A DNA stretch of 64,000 bases, from contig CANQYV010000002.1 in NCBI GenBank assembly GCA_947628165.1, forward strand, positions 33,575 to 97,574, given 5' to 3'. Below the pieces are notes generated by a model. That model was not told where the DNA came from and searched no databases. It worked only from the letters and a program-made list of their open reading frames with translations. How positions within the stretch are numbered: the first letter of the stretch is position 1; every line of letters begins with the position of its first letter. Origin of the DNA: an uncultured Clostridia bacterium. Lineage in GTDB: Bacteria > Bacillota > Clostridia > Oscillospirales > CAG-272. The translations under genes were made by a program, and so were the position numbers. This document shows, piece after piece, positions 55,131 through 63,860 of the stretch.

Positions 55131-56534
55131 ATGGAAAGAGCGGACATAACGACGGTAAAACAGATATTCGCTTCCCCCGAGGCATACGCAGACCGCGAGC
55201 TTCACGTCGCGGGATGGGCGCGCAAGCTGCGCGCATCGAACGCGTTCGGCTTCATAGAGCTGAACGACGGGACGTATTTCTCCAACATTCAGATAGTGTT
55301 CGAGGCGGATGTCCTTGCAAACTACGACGAGATAGCGCACCAGAACATAGGCTGCGCGCTGCACGTCAGAGGCAAGCTCACGCTCACGCCGGAGGCGAAG
55401 CAGCCGTTTGAGATACACGCGTCGTCGGTGACGGTGGAGGGCGCGTCCACGCCCGATTACCCGCTTCAGAACAAGCGGCATACAATGGAATATCTGCGTT
55501 CCGTCGCGCACCTGCGCCCGAGGACGAACACGTTCAACGCGGTGTTCCGCGTCCGCAGCGAGGCGGCGTTCGCGATACACAGCTTCTTCCATGAAAGGGG
55601 CTTCATTTACGTCCACACGCCTATCGTGACGTGCTCCGACTGCGAGGGCGCGGGCGAGATGTTCCGCCTGACGACGCTCGATATGGAAAACCCGCCGAGG
55701 GGAGAGGACGGAAAGATAGACTTCTCGAAGGATTTCTTCGGCAAGCCCGCGAACCTCACGGTGTCGGGCCAGCTGAATGTCGAGACGTTCGCGCAGGCGT
55801 ACTCGAACGTGTACACGTTCGGGCCGACGTTCCGCGCCGAAAATTCCAACACGCCGCGTCACGCCGCGGAGTTCTGGATGATAGAGCCCGAGATCGCGTT
55901 TGCGGATCTCGAGGACGATATGGAGCTTGCGGAGGCGATGATAAAGCACATCATCCGCCACGTCCTCGAAACGTGCCCCGCCGAGATGGACTTCTTTGAC
56001 AAGTTCGTTTCCCCGGGCAAAAAGGAGCAGCTTACAAAGCTCGTCGAGAGCGATTTCGGCAGGGTGACTTATACCGACGCCGTCGAAATGCTCGCGAAGT
56101 CCGGCGCGGATTTCAAGTTCCCCGTGTTCTGGGGCATGGATATGCAGACCGAGCACGAGAGATACCTGACGGAGCAGATATTCGGCAAGCCGGTGTTCGT
56201 CACCGACTATCCGAAGGAGATAAAGGCGTTCTATATGCGTCAGAACGACGACGGGAAGACGGTCGCTGCGTGCGATATGCTCGTGCCCGGCGTCGGCGAG
56301 ATGATAGGAGGCTCACAGCGCGAGGAGAGGCTTGACTTTTTGCTTTCCGCGATAGAGCGCTGCGGGCTCCGCGAGGAGGATTACTCCTGGTATCTTGCGC
56401 TCCGCCGCTACGGGAGCACGAAGCACGCGGGCTACGGTCTCGGCTTTGACAGACTGCTCATGTATATGACCGGTATGCAGAATATAAGGGATACCGAGCC
56501 GTTCCCGCGCACCGCGGGAAGCGCGGAATTCTAA
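55131..56534 (+). CDS. asnS: asparagine--tRNA ligase
   Basis: [14 protein letters not shown]-fold, class II motifs [21 protein letters not shown] and [12 protein letters not shown]. gggagagga RBS before ATG 55131. Confidence 0.93.
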   Translation: MERADITTVKQIFASPEAYADRELHVAGWARKLRASNAFGFIELNDGTYFSNIQIVFEADVLANYDEIAHQNIGCALHVRGKLTLTPEAKQPFEIHASSVTVEGASTPDYPLQNKRHTMEYLRSVAHLRPRTNTFNAVFRVRSEAAFAIHSFFHERGFIYVHTPIVTCSDCEGAGEMFRLTTLDMENPPRGEDGKIDFSKDFFGKPANLTVSGQLNVETFAQAYSNVYTFGPTFRAENSNTPRHAAEFWMIEPEIAFADLEDDMELAEAMIKHIIRHVLETCPAEMDFFDKFVSPGKKEQLTKLVESDFGRVTYTDAVEMLAKSGADFKFPVFWGMDMQTEHERYLTEQIFGKPVFVTDYPKEIKAFYMRQNDDGKTVAACDMLVPGVGEMIGGSQREERLDFLLSAIERCGLREEDYSWYLALRRYGSTKHAGYGLGFDRLLMYMTGMQNIRDTEPFPRTAGSAEF

Positions 56535-56546
56535 TAAGACGGGGCG

Positions 56547-57857
56547 GTGGAAATTTTGACTGTGACGCGCTCTGAGATAAGAAGACACGACATTCGGAGG
56601 CATAGTAACTTGGAAACGGAGAATACGGCGGAGCTCAGGCTCCGCTATGAAGAGATAAAATCACGGGGGCTCGCGCTCGACCTGACGCGCGGCAAGCCCG
56701 GGCGGGCGCAGCTCGACCTTTCGATGGGGATGCTGGACGTTGTCAAAAACAGCGCCGACTGCCTCTCGGAGGGCGGACTCGACTGCCGAAACTACGGCGT
56801 CCTCGACGGACTGCCGGAGGCAAAGCGCCTCTTTTCGGACCTGCTCGGAATACCGGCGGAGAACATACTCGTCGCGGGAAACTCGAGCCTCAATATAATG
56901 TACGACACGATGATACGCGCGATGCATTTCGGCGTTTACGGGAGCCCGCGTCCGTGGGGACGCGAAAAGACGGTGAAGTTCCTCTGCCCCGTCCCGGGAT
57001 ATGACCGCCACTTCGCCATATGCGAGTCGCTCGGCATCGAGATGATAAACGTTCCGATGAACGCGGACGGCCCCGACATGGACATTGTCGAGAGGCTCGT
57101 ATCCGAGGACGAGCAGATAAAGGGCATATGGTGCGTCCCGAAGTACAGCAATCCGTCGGGGCTCACATACAGCGACGAGGTCGTTAAGAGATTTGCGGCG
57201 CTCGAGCCGAAGGCGCCCGATTTCAGAATATTCTGGGACAACGCGTATGCGGTGCACGATCTCTACCCCGACAAAAAGACAGTGCTCTGCGACATCTTCG
57301 CCGAGGCGAGAAAGCTCGGGCGGAGAAACGAGAACATGATAATGTACTTCGCGTCAACGTCGAAGATAACGTTCCCGGGCTCCGGCGTCGCGATAATGGC
57401 GGCGAGCAGGGACAACCTCGACCAGATAAAGGGGCTCATGACGTATCAGACGATAGGATACGACAAGATAAATCAGATGAGGCACGTCAAATACTTCGGC
57501 TCCGCAGACGGGATACTCCGCCACATGGAGCATCACGCGGAGATACTGCGCCCCAAGTTCGACATCGTGCGCGAGGTGCTCGAGCGCGAGCTCGGAGGGC
57601 TCGGCATCGCGGAGTGGACGCCGCCGCTCGGAGGGTATTTCATCAGCCTCGACGTCCTGCCCGGCAAGGCAAAGCGCGTATACGAGCTTTGCCGCGACGC
57701 GGGAGTTAAGCTGACGGAGGCGGGAGCTACATATCCCTACCACCGCGACCCCGACGACAGAAACCTTCGCATCGCGCCGACATTCCCCGACAACGACGAC
57801 CTCAGGCTCGCGATAGAGATCCTCTGCCTCTGCGTAAAACTCGCGTCCGCAGAATAA
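56547..57857 (+). CDS. class I/II-fold PLP-dependent aminotransferase
   Basis: LDLTRGKPGRAQLDL, VPKYSNPSG, and SKITFPGSG (PLP Lys context). Start uncertain (GTG 56547 or TTG 56610 after cggagg). Confidence 0.8.
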   Translation: MEILTVTRSEIRRHDIRRHSNLETENTAELRLRYEEIKSRGLALDLTRGKPGRAQLDLSMGMLDVVKNSADCLSEGGLDCRNYGVLDGLPEAKRLFSDLLGIPAENILVAGNSSLNIMYDTMIRAMHFGVYGSPRPWGREKTVKFLCPVPGYDRHFAICESLGIEMINVPMNADGPDMDIVERLVSEDEQIKGIWCVPKYSNPSGLTYSDEVVKRFAALEPKAPDFRIFWDNAYAVHDLYPDKKTVLCDIFAEARKLGRRNENMIMYFASTSKITFPGSGVAIMAASRDNLDQIKGLMTYQTIGYDKINQMRHVKYFGSADGILRHMEHHAEILRPKFDIVREVLERELGGLGIAEWTPPLGGYFISLDVLPGKAKRVYELCRDAGVKLTEAGATYPYHRDPDDRNLRIAPTFPDNDDLRLAIEILCLCVKLASAE

Positions 57858-57904
57858 AAAACGTGAAGCCGCAGCTTCACGCCCAATGGTAACCCACCCC
57901 CAAG

Positions 57905-58026
57905 ACAAAAAGCCTTAGAAGCTTTTGAAAGAGGGGCCCGGGGGGAAGGAAGATGCCGCGAAAGCGGCATCTTCTGCTTTTTCGCAAAGCGAAAAAGCCC
58001 ATTTTCTCGAAAAGTTTCTCCCCCGC
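57905..58026. repeat. dispersed hairpin element, copy F: composite form with two extra perfect hairpins nested between the outer arms
   Basis: Leader acaaaaagccttagaagcttttgaaagaggggc. Outer arms CCGGGGGGA..TCTCCCCCGC. Inner stems GAAGATGCCGC/GCGGCATCTTC and GCTTTTTCGC/GCGAAAAAGC. Confidence 0.7.
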
Positions 58027-58031
58027 AGTTT

Positions 58032-60368
58032 TTATACTAATCCCTTCCTGACGGCGCACCAGCGACGGAAGCAGATGACGGCGGCGGCGACGCCTGCGGC
58101 GAGCCACACGACCCATGTGATGACGGACGACACGTCGACCTGCGACGAGCAGAGGGACCACATCCCCTCGGCGGATGAGACGGCGAGCACTGGAGTTATG
58201 AGCCGCATCACGTCTATGCCGAGCGCGAAGAGAAGCGCCGGTATGCCGAAGAAGAGAAGGTTCAGCATGTAGGAGAGCTCGTTTGTCCTGACGCACGAGC
58301 TAACGAGCATGACGGCGAACGAGAGGATGAGGAGGGCTGCAAGCCTTGCGGCATAGAGGAGCAGCAGATACTGTCCGATCGTGACGTTCAGAGGCGAGGA
58401 CGCGAACACGTCGAAGTTCCGTATCGGAACGTCAAGCTCGATCGCGGACGGGAAGGCCGATTTCAGCCAAAGAAATTCGCGGATGTAGACGATGCCGAAC
58501 GAGAACGCCGCTGCCCCGAACGAGACAAGCATTTTGCGGACAAAAATGTGCCCGCGCCCGCGCTTCTGCGCGCGAAGCATATAGACAACGCCGGACTGAT
58601 TTTCAAACGACATCACGGCGGCGCACGAAACGACAGTGAAAACTATGGCGACGGCGGCGTTTACGCGCTGGAGGTCCACGGCGGTGGGACCGTATACGGA
58701 TCTATAGTAGTTGTCGTTCGCTATCCACGGCTCATATCCGCCCGCCTCTGCCCGCGCCCGGAGCTCTGCGACGCGCGCCTCCACCTTGTCGAGCGCGGAA
58801 AGCAGTTCGCCGTTCCCGTTCGCGTATTCGCGGGCGTTTTCTATATATTCGTCGGTCTTTTGCGTTATCGGACCCGCCATATCTTTCAGGTACGCGTCAT
58901 AAATTGTGCTTTTTGATGAAGAGTACCGGAAATACGACAGGCTGCCGCTCGCGATGAATATTATGACGAGCAGAATTATGCCGCGCTCAAAGACGAGGAA
59001 TTTGTACGCCTCCCAGCCTCCGGTCGTGAAGTGCCTGCGGAAGAAATCAGCACATTTGTCCCATACGCCGACGACGGCGGAGATGAGGTCGCGCCTGCCC
59101 TCGGGCCGCTTGCGGCAGACGAGGAGCACAAGTGCGAAGCATGCGGCGGCGAATACGGGCAAAAATGCGAGCGAGAGCCGCCTTATCCCGAACGGGAATC
59201 CGAAGAGGTCAATATTCAGGTATTCGGTATAAAGCTTCGATGTTCTTATATAGGAGAAGAGATTGAAGTATTTGACGGGATTGAAGATGCTCTGTACCGG
59301 CAGAAACGCGAAGAGGATGTATTCGACGGCGACAACGACGCCGAGCACCGCCACAGAGTACTGGACGTTTGAAACGGAGCCGAGGATCGCCCAGAGAAAG
59401 AGACCGACCGCAAAGCCGGACGCCGCTTTCACGAGCAGATATTCGATGATGAAGCCGCCTATCGTTATTTTCTGCGTGAACGTGCGGAAGCTGACCATCG
59501 ACTGTATCGCGCGGCCCGTATCGCCCCATCCGCCGGAGAGGGTGAGCGAGAAGAGAAGGTTCACGCCGTATATGAGGAACACGCCGAGCACACAGGCGGA
59601 CGCAAGGATCAGGACACGCGTGAGCCCGAGACGCAGTCGGCCGCATTTGGAGCTCCTTATGACGCCCCAAAGTCCCGCCCTCCTTTCCTCAAGGAAGGAA
59701 AGGACGAAGATAACTATGACGAGAAGATAGAAATAGTCGGCGAGCTCGTAGGAAATCCAGCCCTCATACGCGCGGTTCGCGCCGAACTCGACCTCGGTCC
59801 CGCGCAGCTTGTCAAATTCCTCCGCAGTCTTGACGATGTTGCGGTGCGAAAAGCTGTTTTCGTCGCCGAAGATGGACGTCATCGACTGCTGCTCCGCCTG
59901 CCGCTGGACTTTGTCGAGGTATTCGGCATATCCGGAGATATATTCGTGCTGCTCGAAGAGCTCAGAAAGCCTCATATCCGCCGCGTTCAGAATGTGCTCC
60001 GCGCTCTCGTCGTCAAGCTTCTCGACGGACGATAGAAACTCGCTTTTTTCGACTTCGGCCTTAAGCTCATCCTCGGGGATGAGGAGAAAATCGCTGTGTT
60101 TCATCACGCGCAGCATATAGTACGAGTCGAGTACGTTGTATTCCTCGTCGAGCATGGCGCCGATCTCCTCGTCAGAAAGCCCGCGTGAACGCCCGATCAT
60201 GTCTGCGTAGTAGCGCTCGCCCTCGATAAGAGCGGAGACGGAGCCGGGCCCGAAGTAGGGCATGCGTCCGTAGAAAAAGAAGACGACGGACAAAAGCGAG
60301 ATGAGAAGAAGCGTAAAAATACGCCTCGGATTGGAATATATTCGTTTCCATTCACCCATGCTGACCAC
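58032..60368 (-). CDS. large ABC-2-type permease-like membrane protein (778 aa)
   Basis: N-terminal TM helix, ~190-aa soluble region, two blocks of about 6 TM helices separated by a soluble domain. Lies 8 nt downstream of the ABC ATPase. Alternative ATG at 60359. Confidence 0.65.
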   Translation of the reverse strand: MVSMGEWKRIYSNPRRIFTLLLISLLSVVFFFYGRMPYFGPGSVSALIEGERYYADMIGRSRGLSDEEIGAMLDEEYNVLDSYYMLRVMKHSDFLLIPEDELKAEVEKSEFLSSVEKLDDESAEHILNAADMRLSELFEQHEYISGYAEYLDKVQRQAEQQSMTSIFGDENSFSHRNIVKTAEEFDKLRGTEVEFGANRAYEGWISYELADYFYLLVIVIFVLSFLEERRAGLWGVIRSSKCGRLRLGLTRVLILASACVLGVFLIYGVNLLFSLTLSGGWGDTGRAIQSMVSFRTFTQKITIGGFIIEYLLVKAASGFAVGLFLWAILGSVSNVQYSVAVLGVVVAVEYILFAFLPVQSIFNPVKYFNLFSYIRTSKLYTEYLNIDLFGFPFGIRRLSLAFLPVFAAACFALVLLVCRKRPEGRRDLISAVVGVWDKCADFFRRHFTTGGWEAYKFLVFERGIILLVIIFIASGSLSYFRYSSSKSTIYDAYLKDMAGPITQKTDEYIENAREYANGNGELLSALDKVEARVAELRARAEAGGYEPWIANDNYYRSVYGPTAVDLQRVNAAVAIVFTVVSCAAVMSFENQSGVVYMLRAQKRGRGHIFVRKMLVSFGAAAFSFGIVYIREFLWLKSAFPSAIELDVPIRNFDVFASSPLNVTIGQYLLLLYAARLAALLILSFAVMLVSSCVRTNELSYMLNLLFFGIPALLFALGIDVMRLITPVLAVSSAEGMWSLCSSQVDVSSVITWVVWLAAGVAAAVICFRRWCAVRKGLV

Positions 60369-60376
60369 CGTGCCCT

Positions 60377-61114
60377 TTATTCGCCGAGAAAATAGAGATA
60401 TACGTCCTCAAGCGAGAGCCTGTATGCGACGGGCTCCCAGTCGTCGGGGACGGCGGCGATAAGCTCGGCGGGAGGCGCCGAGCGCAGAAGCTCGCCGCGG
60501 CGGAGCAGGAGGACCTCGTCCGCTATCGACTCTATGTCGGAGACGATGTGAGTCGCGAGAAGGACGATCCTGTCGCTCGCGAGCTGCTTTATGAAGCCGC
60601 GTATGCGGACGCGCTCCTTCGGGTCAAGACCCGCCGTCGGCTCGTCGAGAATGAGGACCTTCGGGTCGCCGAGCAGCGCCTGGGCGAGCAGGACGCGCTG
60701 CTTCATGCCGCCGGAAAATCCCCCGATCTTCTTGTGACGGACGTCGGAAAGATTCGTCAGCTCGAGGACGCCGTTTACCTCGGAGGCGAGCTTTTTGCCG
60801 CGCAGTCCCTTCAGCCTGCCCATGTAGGTGACGAAGCTCTCGGCTGTCATCTGCGCGTAGACGCCCTGCTGCTGCGGCATATATCCGAGCTGCGCGCGGA
60901 ATTTGTCGCCGAGCTCGAGTATTTCTTTGCCGTCAAACGTTATGCTGCCGCCGTCTCGCTTTATGTTGTCGGTGATGAGGTTCATCATCGTCGACTTGCC
61001 GGCGCCGTTCGCGCCGAGGATACCGTAAATTCCGGGGGTGAAGGTCATGGAAAAGTCCGAAAGCGCGACGAGCTTTCCGTATCGCTTTGTTACGTTTGTA
61101 AGTGCAAGCTCCAT
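60377..61114 (-). CDS. ABC transporter ATP-binding protein (ABC-2/CcmA-like)
   Basis: Walker A GANGAGKST, signature FSGGMKQR, and Walker B LILDEPTAGLD. Confidence 0.9.
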   Translation of the reverse strand: MELALTNVTKRYGKLVALSDFSMTFTPGIYGILGANGAGKSTMMNLITDNIKRDGGSITFDGKEILELGDKFRAQLGYMPQQQGVYAQMTAESFVTYMGRLKGLRGKKLASEVNGVLELTNLSDVRHKKIGGFSGGMKQRVLLAQALLGDPKVLILDEPTAGLDPKERVRIRGFIKQLASDRIVLLATHIVSDIESIADEVLLLRRGELLRSAPPAELIAAVPDDWEPVAYRLSLEDVYLYFLGE

Positions 61115-61307
61115 AATGTCTCCGTTCCGCCGCGCCTCGGCGGCAGTGTTTTTTTTATTCCCGATACCTTTTTAACGCGCGTTTTTAAATGAAATCACAT
61201 ATTAAAATGATACACTATTTAATTCTGTGCGTCAACCTTTTGCGCCAAAAAATGCATTATTTTTTCAAAGCAGCCACTGCTTGCTGTATTTTTTATTGAT
61301 GATAATA

Positions 61308-61335
61308 AAAGAGGGACTTTATAAAGCCCCTCTTT
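61308..61335 (-). terminator. probable terminator after rhaD
   Basis: AAAGAGGG.ctttataaag.CCCTCTTT hairpin in an AT-rich spacer. Confidence 0.5.
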
Positions 61336-61353
61336 ATCTTATTGTTTATTTTG

Positions 61354-62166
61354 TCAGTCGAGAAAATCCTCGCGGAAGCTGACACCGAATGACGCGGCGA
61401 GCGTGCGCAGCTCGTCGTCGTGTATCGTATTTATGCGCGGCTTCCCTACGGTGAGCATATATATCTCCGCCGCCTTTTCAACCGTCTCGACAAGACCGAA
61501 CGCCTCATCCATGGACTTTCCGGTACAGTAGAGGCCGTGCATGCCCCAGACGACGACGCGGTATTCCTTCATTTTTTCCGCCGTGGCAAGACCGATCTCG
61601 TTCGTGCCGCAGACCATCCAAGGGAGAACGCCAACCCCGTCCGGGAACACCACGATGCACTCGGTGCACATCTGCCAGAGCGTGTGCGTGAAGGAGCGGT
61701 CGTCGAGAGGGTGAACGTAGTTCATTGCGAGCGTGTTTGTCGGATGGCAGTGCATGATGACGCGGTTTTCGGGTTCGACGGAGAGGCGAGCCATGTGGCT
61801 CATCATGTGCGCGGGGAATTCGCTCGTGAACTTTCCCCCGTCGGAAAATCCCCAAAGAAGCTCCGCCGTCCTGCCGCCGTCCGCAATGCGGACGACGCCG
61901 AGCGTGTTTTCCGGGTCATGGGCGACGTGGCGGAAATATTTGCCCGTGCCTGTGACGAGAAAATATCTGCCGTCAAGGGAGGGAGCGTCAAATCCCGTCG
62001 GTATCTTGCGGAGCACATGCTCCGTGTCAAGGTACGGGGAGACGTCTTTTTCGTCGAGAAGAACGCTGATGTTGCCGCCGTTGCGCTCGTTCCAGCCGAG
62101 GCGGTACATGTTGGACGTTATTTCGCACATTTCGGAGATGAAAGGGGAAGCCAATATATCTTTCAT
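61354..62166 (-). CDS. rhaD: rhamnulose-1-phosphate aldolase (class II aldolase)
   Basis: RLGWNERNGGNISVLL, FLVTGTGKYFR, HCHPTN, and GMHGLYC. Confidence 0.88.
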   Translation of the reverse strand: MKDILASPFISEMCEITSNMYRLGWNERNGGNISVLLDEKDVSPYLDTEHVLRKIPTGFDAPSLDGRYFLVTGTGKYFRHVAHDPENTLGVVRIADGGRTAELLWGFSDGGKFTSEFPAHMMSHMARLSVEPENRVIMHCHPTNTLAMNYVHPLDDRSFTHTLWQMCTECIVVFPDGVGVLPWMVCGTNEIGLATAEKMKEYRVVVWGMHGLYCTGKSMDEAFGLVETVEKAAEIYMLTVGKPRINTIHDDELRTLAASFGVSFREDFLD

Positions 62167-62323
62167 AAAACAGCCCTCGTTTTTGCTTTGTCCGTTTTTA
62201 TAATTATATCAGCTTTACATCTCCTCGGCAATATATTATTGCGGGAAAAAATAAAAAATCCGTGCGCGCGCTTCGGGAGCCTTTGGCGAAGTTCGCTTTA
62301 TACAAAATTTATAACGCCTGCCG

Positions 62324-62842
62324 TTACAGCAGCCGTACCCTGCCGACTTGGCGTATTACTCCGCACGCGATGCGGCTGCCGGAGTTGCCGGCGGGCTGGG
62401 ACGTGAAGTCGTCGGGGCTGTCGTGGATCACTACGGTCTTGCCGACGACTTCCGAAACGGTGAAGCGGTCGGTGAGCGTGAGCAGGAGCGCAAAGCCGCC
62501 GCTGCCGAAAAGCGGAGGCAGGTCGCCGGCGTGGTACGGGTGCGCGCAGCCGTCCGGGTCGTAGTGTGAGCCCGCCCCCGAGAACGGCTCCTCCGGCGTG
62601 CCGCCGCAAGAGGAGCCGCCGTGAATGTGAAATCCGAAAATGCGCCCCTCGCACGGGGCGTCCGAGGCGGGAAGCCCCGAGACCTCCGCATAAACGATGA
62701 CGCCCGCGCGCGTCTGATAGAGACGCAGCGCGCCTTTGATGTCGGGATACGCGTCGCCGCCCGTAATTTCCGCCGCCGCCTGCGGACGGTAGCGGAGAAC
62801 TGATAACAGCCTGATTGAAAACGGTGTTGGAGAATTTTTCAT
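62324..62842 (-). CDS. Cu/Zn superoxide dismutase family protein, no recognisable signal peptide
   Basis: FGFHIHGG, GSHYDP, HPYHAGDLP, VVIHDSPDD, and a C-terminal ACGVI. All metal-ligand positions appear present. Confidence 0.85.
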   Translation of the reverse strand: MKNSPTPFSIRLLSVLRYRPQAAAEITGGDAYPDIKGALRLYQTRAGVIVYAEVSGLPASDAPCEGRIFGFHIHGGSSCGGTPEEPFSGAGSHYDPDGCAHPYHAGDLPPLFGSGGFALLLTLTDRFTVSEVVGKTVVIHDSPDDFTSQPAGNSGSRIACGVIRQVGRVRLL

Positions 62843-62908
62843 ATTCGCACCTGCCTGTGTAAATTCTTTAAATCATTATATTCTCCGCTCCCCTCAGACG
62901 TTAATAAG

Positions 62909-62971
62909 AAAAAGCCCTAAAAGTTTAGAAAAGGAGCGCGAGGGAAAACCTTTCCAAAGGTTTTCCCTCGC
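62909..62971. repeat. dispersed hairpin element, copy G
   Basis: aaaaagccctaaaagtttagaaaaggagc + GCGAGGGAAAACCTTTccAAAGGTTTTCCCTCGC. Confidence 0.75.
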
Positions 62972-63077
62972 AAAAATCCGTATCAGAACATAAGCCAGTC
63001 GGGGTCGGAGTGAGCTCAAATGAGATAAAGACGGTGAGGATCGCCATATTTAACAGCGAGAACCGTACTCACATAAA

Positions 63078-63476
63078 TTATTCTGGCAAAGTTTCTTTTT
63101 TATCCCTTTCAAAATTGCGAACTCTGCTGCCTTGCCATGTGAGAGATCCTGTATCGCCTACAACAAGACCGCACTGCGCCTTGGCATTCAGACGTAAGCG
63201 ACGGCCGTCTTCGGTTTCAAACAGAAACCAAATTAATGTTGACGGCAGAACTATGGCGTTGCTCGCAAGCTGTTGCTTATCTATTAATTTGGCTTTTGCA
63301 GTGTTTACGGGCTGTGCGTTGTCGCTTGCCTCCTGCCCTTTTCTCGATACATACGCAATGATCCAAAAAACGAGGCAAAGTCCGGCGCACACACCTATCA
63401 TCATTATCCAAGATTGAGGATCAGTAATAAAATCCTCCAAATCGATTTCACAAACAACATTATAAACGGTCAACAT
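63078..63476 (-). CDS. DUF2500-like small membrane-anchored protein
   Basis: TM helix IMMIGVCAGLCLVFWIIAYV, then a beta-rich domain (WFLFETEDGRRLRLN..GDTGSLTWQGSR). Low-GC codon usage. Start chosen at ATG 63476. Confidence 0.55.
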   Translation of the reverse strand: MLTVYNVVCEIDLEDFITDPQSWIMMIGVCAGLCLVFWIIAYVSRKGQEASDNAQPVNTAKAKLIDKQQLASNAIVLPSTLIWFLFETEDGRRLRLNAKAQCGLVVGDTGSLTWQGSRVRNFERDKKETLPE

Positions 63477-63477
63477 T

Positions 63478-63696
63478 TTAAAATTTACTCCCCCCGTTAT
63501 TCTTTTTATTGATAATGAACGCAAGAACAATTATTATTACGCCCATTATGATAGATAAGTAGGATAAGAAAATAATAAAATCCTCATGTGAGTTTCTGAG
63601 TCCGGCTGCGTTGTAAAGAACTAGCATCAAGATCCCCAATACAACTAAAATTGCTCCCGATGCAATCATAGCTGCGCGTTTTCCTGCAGGCTGCAT
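63478..63696 (-). CDS. small two-helix membrane protein
   Basis: Strong aaggagag RBS before the ATG. 72 aa forming two hydrophobic helices. Confidence 0.6.
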   Translation of the reverse strand: MQPAGKRAAMIASGAILVVLGILMLVLYNAAGLRNSHEDFIIFLSYLSIIMGVIIIVLAFIINKKNNGGSKF

Positions 63697-63860
63697 TTTT
63701 TCTCTCCTTGAAATAAAATATAATTTTTAGCATTGTGTTGGATACAATCCGCCACAAGACAAATTATATCATATTAAATACCACATGTCAATAATAATAT
63801 CAGAAACAATATTATATTTTTTCGATAATATTGGTTACAATTGTGGTATGGAGGTGATAT

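Noticed and set aside
51113-55147. 574-aa and 605-aa minus-strand ORFs (51113..52837 and 53330..55147)
   Set aside because: They are antisense to the two helicase genes, which carry complete helicase motif sets. The antisense translations are Arg-rich and motif-free.
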